Shown in pieces: positions 17,716-24,104 of a stretch of 24,104 nt of DNA (its first letter is position 1; each line of letters begins with the position of its first letter). The translations under genes were made by a program, and so were the position numbers. Source of the stretch: a virus. Taxonomy: Duplodnaviria; Caudoviricetes. The stretch covers positions 1-24,104 of the IMG/VR virus record IMGVR_UViG_3300006120_000094; one strand, 5' to 3'. A model generated the notes under the pieces. It did no database searches and was not told the DNA's origin. It saw only the letters and a list, made by a program, of their open reading frames with translations.

Positions 17716-17757
17716 AAAAAATCTCCTTGTAAGCAAGTATACGCTATACAAGGAGAT
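17716..17757 (-). terminator. hairpin plus U-tract; candidate intrinsic terminator or SD-sequestering stem
   Basis: Perfect 11 bp inverted repeat ATCTCCTTGTA (17757-17747) / TACAAGGAGAT (17731-17721) followed by TTTTT. Confidence 0.55.
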
Positions 17758-17765
17758 GTGGTCAA
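17736..17765 (-). promoter_or_regulatory. sigma70-type promoter for the replication block
   Basis: TTGACC (17765-17760), 18 nt spacer, TATACT (17741-17736). Confidence 0.65.
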
Positions 17766-17785
17766 GTATATTTTAACCGATTATC

Positions 17786-18520
17786 TCATTTATTTGGAAC
17801 ACAGTTATTTACACGGACGCCACCTTTGATTTTGGTCTTAGGTGTACCTATATGTTTGCCTTTCCAACATTTTGGATCTAGACGTTGTTTTAATTCTGCC
17901 AAATCAAATGCTTTAAGATTTTTCTCTATTTGTCCTGGACGAACATCTTTGGTAAGGCTCATTGAGTATCTAGGATCTTTGGCCTGACTCTTACTAGCAA
18001 TAACTCCAGATGCATCTTCAAGAGGATGATGTTCATCTCCCAAAAATGTATCTGCAAACTTTTTGCATAATCTTTGAATGTCTCTATTTGTTGTTGTTTC
18101 AACTGTAAATTCGAAATCTTCGTTGTGTTGACTAGGATCTGTGTATCCACAATATACTTTTTTTACAGGACTTTCGTTGATATAATCAGTACAACTTCCT
18201 TCATAGCGATCGCTCATTGGACCATCGCAAGGACTCAACGTTGTTAGTATAATGCTACCTTCTGGAATCTCACCGTATTCACTTTCATAGGCATCTATAG
18301 CATTTCTTTCAGCGTGACTCCATTTGTCACCGACTTTCATACTTGTTCTTGCCACAGCACGATGGTCTGGATCTAGAACACAGGCAGCTACCATTCCAAA
18401 TTTTTCTGGATCTTTCTTTTGGCCTGCAATAATTAAATTTCCAAGCTCAACTAGATATCGATCTAAGTGAGATCGATTGTGTATTTTATAATCGTCACTG
18501 ATAAATTCTAAAAATTTCAT
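17786..18520 (-). CDS. Zn-dependent CDA-fold deaminase (RibD/dCMP deaminase-like) with C-terminal short modules
   Basis: VAACVLDPD, SHAERNAI, TTLSPC-x11-C, VKKVYCGYTDP; N-terminus MKFLEFISD. Confidence 0.82.
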   Translation of the reverse strand: MKFLEFISDDYKIHNRSHLDRYLVELGNLIIAGQKKDPEKFGMVAACVLDPDHRAVARTSMKVGDKWSHAERNAIDAYESEYGEIPEGSIILTTLSPCDGPMSDRYEGSCTDYINESPVKKVYCGYTDPSQHNEDFEFTVETTTNRDIQRLCKKFADTFLGDEHHPLEDASGVIASKSQAKDPRYSMSLTKDVRPGQIEKNLKAFDLAELKQRLDPKCWKGKHIGTPKTKIKGGVRVNNCVPNK

Positions 18521-19824
18521 TTTTTCTTACTAGGATTTTTTGCACCGTAACTTGCGGCAATTGCCATTTGACGACGCTTTTCTTTGGTTTTACCTTTGAA
18601 TTGAGGAGCATTAGATTTTTCAAAATCTTTGATCCATACATCTACTGGAGCATTGCTAGGAATCTTTTCTGCTAGTTTAGCAACTAGTTCAGCAATATAA
18701 GCATCTTCCATAACACCTCGTCCGTGATTTCCACCTGCGTATGTGTCATATCCGCTCTTTCCCCAATCTTCATCTGTATGGTAAATGTTACCTTCTTCGT
18801 GTTGGCTTTCGATGTAGTCTTTGACACTAACCAACATACCTTTGACCTGAGCAAGTTTATCTTGTGCCCATTCTGGCATATTTTCCATTGGCTCAAGTAT
18901 GTTGATCAATTCTTTGGCACTACGAATGATAGTATGAATATTGCTAGTTGACATTCCTACTTCGTCATTGTATTCTTCACCGCTGTTGCCTTCTTTCATT
19001 GGTTGCATATGGAATCTACCAGCAATTTTACTTGTAGCGGCTCTGTCAGCGTGTTGGGCTGCCTTATCACCGTGTTTCCGTTGAATGTTGGCTCTGATCT
19101 TATCAGCCTTGGCACTTTGTTTTTCTGTTTCGTCATCGTCGCCGTAATGGTCGGCATCATTGGCATAATCTGATCTACCTGCGTATGCTCTAATTTTTGG
19201 ACCAACTGATAATTCACTGATTTGATCTTCCGCCACACCTTGCTGTCTTTTTAATGCTCCGGCGTGATACCCACTATCGTAATCATTAGTCATTGGACCA
19301 TAGATAGAACTAGCACGAGGATTTCTATGACCACGCATACCGTCACTAACTCCATCACGATATGCTCCGCTGGTTGCTAGTGTTACAGGAGCAGACGATG
19401 TACTAGCACTTCTATTTGCTATCATGTCTGCTGTACGCTGACGTTCTTGATCTGGAGTTCCGCGTACACGGTGTTTGATTCCTTTGTCTTTTAACATAGC
19501 CATAAACTGTGATTTTAAATCATCTACTTCTTCCATATATGGCTTTTTATGTTTTTCAACACCTTGTTTCATTTCTTTCTTTTTATCTTTGTGTTGACCA
19601 GCTCCACCCATTTTAGCATTCTTGGCCACAAAGTTACGAGGTTTAGGTGCTTCTTTTTTCTGTTCTTCTTGTGCAAATATACTATCTTTAGGACGACGTT
19701 GAACTCCACTTAATGCTGTACTAACACTAGCTACACTTCCTGAGCTAGTTCCGCCACCGCTAGAAGATTCTAAAACATAGCGAGTAATATCACCGTGTAC
19801 AATTTTTTTAAATTCATTAGTCAT
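18517..19824 (-). CDS. low-complexity modular protein (435 aa), possible internal head protein
   Basis: Charged Gly/Ser-rich segments separated by hydrophobic-x-E sites (VLE, YMEE, VAE, ISE, MKE, VME, LAE); AAGGA SD. Confidence 0.78.
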   Translation of the reverse strand: MTNEFKKIVHGDITRYVLESSSGGGTSSGSVASVSTALSGVQRRPKDSIFAQEEQKKEAPKPRNFVAKNAKMGGAGQHKDKKKEMKQGVEKHKKPYMEEVDDLKSQFMAMLKDKGIKHRVRGTPDQERQRTADMIANRSASTSSAPVTLATSGAYRDGVSDGMRGHRNPRASSIYGPMTNDYDSGYHAGALKRQQGVAEDQISELSVGPKIRAYAGRSDYANDADHYGDDDETEKQSAKADKIRANIQRKHGDKAAQHADRAATSKIAGRFHMQPMKEGNSGEEYNDEVGMSTSNIHTIIRSAKELINILEPMENMPEWAQDKLAQVKGMLVSVKDYIESQHEEGNIYHTDEDWGKSGYDTYAGGNHGRGVMEDAYIAELVAKLAEKIPSNAPVDVWIKDFEKSNAPQFKGKTKEKRRQMAIAASYGAKNPSKKK

Positions 19825-20206
19825 TATTTTTTTCCTTACCTAACCAATTTGCAACTGGGCTAATTTTATTTGTATCTTCATGTTCTTCGCTACGATTATT
19901 TGTAATATGTTTAATTTTACCAGCTCCGACCATTTTGGCTGCGCTTTGTATAATATTGTAATCGTGATCTGTGTAAGTAGTTAATAAAGGATCACCAGCA
20001 AATGCACCGGCAGCCTCTGTATCATAATCAGGAGATCCTGCCATAGCAATACCAAATCTATATGCCGCATAAGGATTTCCGTTGGATTTGTTTATACTAA
20101 TATCGGGCATAGATAATGCACCCTTAAGACTACTAGTATGATCTTTTGGTAATTTGTTTGGATTAGCAGGTATGTCTGCTTCGACTATAAATTCTTTTGC
20201 TCGCAT
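19817..20206 (-). CDS. MRAKEFIVE-family protein A (129 aa), possible capsid-targeted internal protein
   Basis: Paralogue of the upstream gene; N-terminus resembles the T4 IPII/IPIII targeting sequence MKTYQEFIAE. Confidence 0.78.
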   Translation of the reverse strand: MRAKEFIVEADIPANPNKLPKDHTSSLKGALSMPDISINKSNGNPYAAYRFGIAMAGSPDYDTEAAGAFAGDPLLTTYTDHDYNIIQSAAKMVGAGKIKHITNNRSEEHEDTNKISPVANWLGKEKNND

Positions 20207-20584
20207 AATATATTATTTATTGTTATTATTCATCCAATTACTAACAGGGCTAATTTTGTGTGTACCATCTGGTTCAACACTTTTTGTTCTTGCTCTAATT
20301 TGATGAAATTCTGTGGGTATTACTTTAGTAACTTGTTTGACCATTTTATGTTCTTCGTCGGTGTAAGGATGGAACGTCCAATATGGACCTACCCAACTTT
20401 CATGATCGATATCGAGCGGTTTATTACTACCATCGGCCATTCCTATTGCCATACCTGTTCTATATTGATGGTATGTAGGATAAAATCCTCCTGGATCACG
20501 TTGCTTGCTAAATCCCTGATGCACAGCATCGTGTTCAGGATGAGGCTCGCCTGTATGTTCAACAATAAATTCTTTTGCTCGCAT
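20187..20584. repeat. 20 bp direct repeat encoding the shared MRAKEFI N-terminus
   Basis: ataaattcttttgctcgcat at 20187-20206 and 20565-20584. Confidence 0.85.
20213..20584 (-). CDS. MRAKEFIVE-family protein B (123 aa), possible capsid-targeted internal protein
   Basis: Start moved to ATG 20584 (TAATG overlap with the dps stop); shares YR.G.A, YTD and KISPV.NW with protein A. Confidence 0.78.
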   Translation of the reverse strand: MRAKEFIVEHTGEPHPEHDAVHQGFSKQRDPGGFYPTYHQYRTGMAIGMADGSNKPLDIDHESWVGPYWTFHPYTDEEHKMVKQVTKVIPTEFHQIRARTKSVEPDGTHKISPVSNWMNNNNK

Positions 20585-21024
20585 TATTGTCCTTTGATAC
20601 TTGCACGTAAGAACCATTCGTGTTTACGATGTGCATCCATACGTTCTGCTAAAAAATTACTAAGACCGTGTTCGCCTGAGGATTCGGCAGCATCGTATGT
20701 TTTCTTTAGAATAATATGAATACGTTCACTATCTTGTATTAATTCAGTAATCATTTCGTCTTTGGTAGGTACACGATTTTCATCTTCTATGCGAGTTAAC
20801 ATACTTAAATTATGATAGCTTGTAGGAATATAAGCATTTAATTTACGAACATTTTCAGCAAATGGATCTATAGATTCGTATACTTCATTGTAAATTTCTT
20901 CGAATAATTTATGATATTCAAAAAAATCAGAACCTTCAACATTCCAATGAAAACTGTGTGCCTTTACATAAAAACTAAAAGTACTGCTAAAAGCAATGCG
21001 TGTGAGTTGAACTAATTTATCCAT
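20584..21024 (-). CDS. dps: Dps / ferritin-like DNA protection protein
   Basis: KAHSFHWNVEGSDFFEYHKLFEEIY...D.FAE.VR.L and C-terminal KHEWFLRA. Confidence 0.92.
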   Translation of the reverse strand: MDKLVQLTRIAFSSTFSFYVKAHSFHWNVEGSDFFEYHKLFEEIYNEVYESIDPFAENVRKLNAYIPTSYHNLSMLTRIEDENRVPTKDEMITELIQDSERIHIILKKTYDAAESSGEHGLSNFLAERMDAHRKHEWFLRASIKGQ

Positions 21025-21030
21025 GATATG

Positions 21031-21771
21031 TTATTTATTATTTTCTAGAGAAGATAATTTTTTGCTTTTATAGTATTCTATTAAGGATTTACGATGATTT
21101 TCGATATGTTCTAACGATTTAATTCTGTTTTTTGCCGCTTCAGATTTTTTCCTTTTAGTCTCTTCGCTATCTGGTCCTTTCTTTTTTCCTAAATTTGCTT
21201 CTCTAAGTTTTTGTTTAGTTTCTTCTGTATGGGATATACCTGGTTTGCCTTTCAATCTGTTTGACATGGCTAGTCGTTGTTCTAATGTCCGTATCTTTCC
21301 TATATTTTTTCCCTTTAATGATTCAGAAAGTTTTTTCTTTGATTCTTCGCTCATTGGACTTCTTTTTTTTCCTAAATGTGATTTTGATATTTTTTTCTTA
21401 GTTTCTTCAGAAAGTTTTCTTCCTGTTTTTCCAGACATTTGTTCAGACCGTATTTTGGCATATTGTTTCCTAAGTATTTCGTAACTCTTAGAGTTTATTT
21501 TATATCGTTGTTGGTGTTTATTTTCTAATGTAGTCATTGCCCAGGCAGCGTGTACCATTTTATCTTTTTCTTTACCTGAATACATTTTTGTTAATAATAA
21601 ATGACAGATAAAATGTTCTCGTGCTGTTAAATCTACTAGATTTTCTTTAAGATTAGAACCACCTAATGATTTAGGTATAATATGATGGGTTTCGCAATAA
21701 TTTGTTAATATTCTCTCTTTAGCACGGGTTATTATATTGTGATAAATTTTAGTATATTTGTTTTTTAACAT
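21031..21771 (-). mobile_element. free-standing HNH homing endonuclease with NUMOD3-like repeats
   Basis: ETHHIIPKSLGGSN..ENLV.LTAREHFICHLLL followed by repeats SEETKKKIS, SEESKKKLS, TEETKQKLR, SEETKRKKS. Confidence 0.88.
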
Positions 21772-21776
21772 ACATC

Positions 21777-21784
21777 TATTTATC
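21777..21784 (-). promoter_or_regulatory. putative late promoter GATAAATA before the endonuclease
   Basis: Intergenic, 5 nt before ATG 21771, no SD visible. Confidence 0.5.
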
Positions 21785-21807
21785 TGTTAGAAGTAGATTA
21801 CTAAACC

Positions 21808-22113
21808 TTAGTTAATAGGCTTTTCACCAGTCATTAATTGCCTTGCAAACCACAATCTGAACCACTCAGGCGTACCGGGTCTTATATCATTTTCCTTCAT
21901 TAGGCGAGCCTTTTCAGTGGCCGTAACTGTGATATTGCTACCTTGGTTTATAGCTTGTGTATGCGCACGATACTCTGCTAGTCTAGCCTCTCCGCTTAAC
22001 CCAGCGAGATACTGAACTATTTTTAATTCGTGTATAGGATCATCCGGTGATAGATAAGCATCATCCGTACTATCCTGTGGAATATTATCTGTGCTTATTT
22101 TGTATTGCTTCAT
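21808..22113 (-). CDS. hypothetical protein (101 aa)
   Basis: Open frame overlapping the upstream gene; ends with IRPGTPEWFRLWF. Confidence 0.72.
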   Translation of the reverse strand: MKQYKISTDNIPQDSTDDAYLSPDDPIHELKIVQYLAGLSGEARLAEYRAHTQAINQGSNITVTATEKARLMKENDIRPGTPEWFRLWFARQLMTGEKPIN

Positions 22114-24104
22114 TTACAATAATCTTTTCAATTAAAGCAGACATAATTTTTTCAACATCTTCGCTGACAGGAACTTGCTTGGGTTCTGGCTTTTTAGGAT
22201 TCAACAACTCTTGTCCTAATCGTTCACGACTTTGTCTGCGCTCTTTTTCACGTTGTAATGCTGACTGTAGTTTTGAAGCCGCAGTCTTTACTGCTTCCAT
22301 TGGACCCATTGGTGCTTGTGGACGACTAACATAAGTTTGTCCACCTATTCCAGGTTTATATCCCGGAGGCGTAGGTCCTTGATCAGCATTTTCATCTTTT
22401 CTATTGCCCCATTCATCTTTACTGCTTTTATCACGGTTAGCCACTTGGGTATAGATCCATTGCTGATCTCTTTCTTGATCGCGCTTGGCACGATGTTGCA
22501 TAACTTTAGGAGGATTCTCTAAACCTTTGGCCATATGTGTAATTACAGAACTATCATCTTCTGCCATATCTTCATTATGTTTTTTCTTACCAGCACAATG
22601 AGCTCGTTGAGAAAAACCTTTAGGATGACTACAATCAATACTACGTTTGTATTTTTCACTCCATTTTTCATCTACTTGTTTTTCCGCCACACCTAGTTTG
22701 TTCTTACCGCTACCGGCAAACATACTAGCAGGCATCATCTTTTCTTTTACAGTCTTATCAACTTTTTTAGCCGTTTGTTGTTTTTCTTTTTCTTTTTGTG
22801 CCAAATCATATTCTGTCCAACCGTGGAACACTTTTTCTTTTGGAGGTTCTTTGTCAGGCATTCCATAGTCAGCCCAAGATTTCTTTGTATCAAGATCTTC
22901 TCGTAGACTTTCTTCAGCACCGCCACCTACTAAGTCACCAGCTTTGGCAGGACGCTTCATATTGCCTTTTAATTGTGCATCTGACCCTAATTTATAATTC
23001 CAAGGAGGTTCTGTACCTGCAAAATAACTCCTAGGCATAAATGCTTCTTTGGCTTTTTTAACTTTAGGCGTAGGAGTCATACCTGCTTTAACATCTGCCA
23101 TTAACTGTTGTGCTGTAGCATCATCAACTGTGTTTGGCATACCTTGTTTAAATGTATCAAAATCATCAGCGGCTGCTGCCTGTCTTAGTTTTGTTCCACT
23201 CATACCTATGGCATCATCTGCATCGGGATCACGTTCACCTCCTGAGACTACTTTAATACTTTGGAAGTTATAGTCAACACCGTTTTGTTGATTTAATAGT
23301 TGTTCAAACCCTGGAACACGATCTGATCCAGCAACCATTACTAAATTTTGAAATTTTTCATTTAATGCTTTAGCAACTTCAATAGGGGTTCTGGTTGTAT
23401 CACCTGCGGCTACAAAGTTTGTTCCTGGAAACATTTTTTGTAGATAGCCCATTTTTTGATCAATGTTCAAAGGATTTTTTAGTTTAGTAGCAGGAGTAGT
23501 TCCAACTGTACGGCTAACATAGATATAGTAAGGACATCCTAACTGTTCTGCTGTTTGCTTAACGGTATTGATCAATAATTCGTGACCTACTGTAGGAGGT
23601 TGGAATCTTCCAAATGCAAATACAACTGTAGATGGTTTAGATGCTTCCATTAGTGCTTTAAATAAACTGCTACGTCCTTCGCCAAATGTTTGTCGAATTT
23701 TATCCAGTGCGGCTTCTTTGCCGGCGCCTTTGGCAGTACCAACTTCTCCACTCTTAACTGTAATCATACTTCCAAACACTCCTTGCATCCTAGCATTACT
23801 GCGAGGATTTTTTATTATTTTTTTGCTTTGAGCCAACAACGAATCAAAATCTGAACCAATGTCGTATTGATATAATAATTTTTGAATATCTTCAAAATTT
23901 CTACTGGACCAAACAACTTCTCTATCTAATTGTTTATATTGCCCTTGTGCTAACAACTCTGGATCATATGTTACTAGTCTTAATTGCAATTCAACACTAC
24001 TTAGGTTAAATTCGTACTCTTGATTTTTTTCTATCTGAGTAGGAATATTAATACCTAACTTTTTAAAAAGAATAGCAGGATTAGTTTCAATGGTAGCAAT
24101 CTTA
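22085..24104 (-). CDS. multidomain protein: unknown N-terminal domain, HIGH-type cytidylyltransferase-like domain, C-terminal short modules (5' end outside the window)
   Basis: Frame is open to the window edge (KIATIETNPAILFKKLG...ELQLRLV), so TTG 23989 is not the start; FAFGRFQPPTVGHELL, KNPL, MVAGSDRV, MSGTKLR. Confidence 0.82.
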   Translation of the reverse strand, partial: KIATIETNPAILFKKLGINIPTQIEKNQEYEFNLSSVELQLRLVTYDPELLAQGQYKQLDREVVWSSRNFEDIQKLLYQYDIGSDFDSLLAQSKKIIKNPRSNARMQGVFGSMITVKSGEVGTAKGAGKEAALDKIRQTFGEGRSSLFKALMEASKPSTVVFAFGRFQPPTVGHELLINTVKQTAEQLGCPYYIYVSRTVGTTPATKLKNPLNIDQKMGYLQKMFPGTNFVAAGDTTRTPIEVAKALNEKFQNLVMVAGSDRVPGFEQLLNQQNGVDYNFQSIKVVSGGERDPDADDAIGMSGTKLRQAAAADDFDTFKQGMPNTVDDATAQQLMADVKAGMTPTPKVKKAKEAFMPRSYFAGTEPPWNYKLGSDAQLKGNMKRPAKAGDLVGGGAEESLREDLDTKKSWADYGMPDKEPPKEKVFHGWTEYDLAQKEKEKQQTAKKVDKTVKEKMMPASMFAGSGKNKLGVAEKQVDEKWSEKYKRSIDCSHPKGFSQRAHCAGKKKHNEDMAEDDSSVITHMAKGLENPPKVMQHRAKRDQERDQQWIYTQVANRDKSSKDEWGNRKDENADQGPTPPGYKPGIGGQTYVSRPQAPMGPMEAVKTAASKLQSALQREKERRQSRERLGQELLNPKKPEPKQVPVSEDVEKIMSALIEKIIVNEAIQNKHR

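Noticed and set aside
21031-21807. Group I intron housing the HNH gene
   Set aside because: Flanking genes look complete and only 6 and 36 nt of non-coding sequence surround it.
38-23273. All plus-strand ORFs in the track (for example 12471..12980 and 20258..20719)
   Set aside because: They lie antisense to well-supported minus-strand genes and show no recognisable motifs.
1-24104. CRISPR array, tRNA or rRNA genes, stop-codon recoding
   Set aside because: No regularly spaced repeats or cloverleafs seen in the short intergenic gaps; standard-code ORFs are full length and tile the window.

Overview
An AT-rich, gene-dense 24 kb segment of a large tailed dsDNA phage with T4-like gene content. 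Every credible gene is on the minus strand. In transcription order (right to left): (1) a probable late, head-protein block (about 17.8-24.1 kb) with a modular HIGH-type nucleotidyltransferase fusion (5'-truncated), a free-standing HNH/NUMOD3 homing endonuclease, Dps, two paralogues starting MRAKEFIVE, a low-complexity modular protein and a RibD-like Zn deaminase; (2) a replication block with a DsbA-like dsDNA-binding protein, a small membrane protein, a family B DNA polymerase and a probable sliding clamp; (3) a DNA 7-deazaguanine modification block (TGT/DpdA-like transglycosylase, QueD paralogue with LxxxHRHxF) tightly coupled to a GT-B glycosyltransferase and GalE, with queE further downstream past a secreted subtilase and a HIT hydrolase; (4) RNase H-like 5'-3' nuclease, small hypotheticals and a MoxR-like AAA+ ATPase (3'-truncated). 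The most notable signals are the candidate sugar-decorated deazaguanine pathway, enzymes with capsid-targeting-like N-termini, a hairpin that overlaps a promoter and a ribosome-binding site, and twin GCCAYAAG-loop hairpins in front of the polymerase. All product calls come from motif recognition only; no searches were run.
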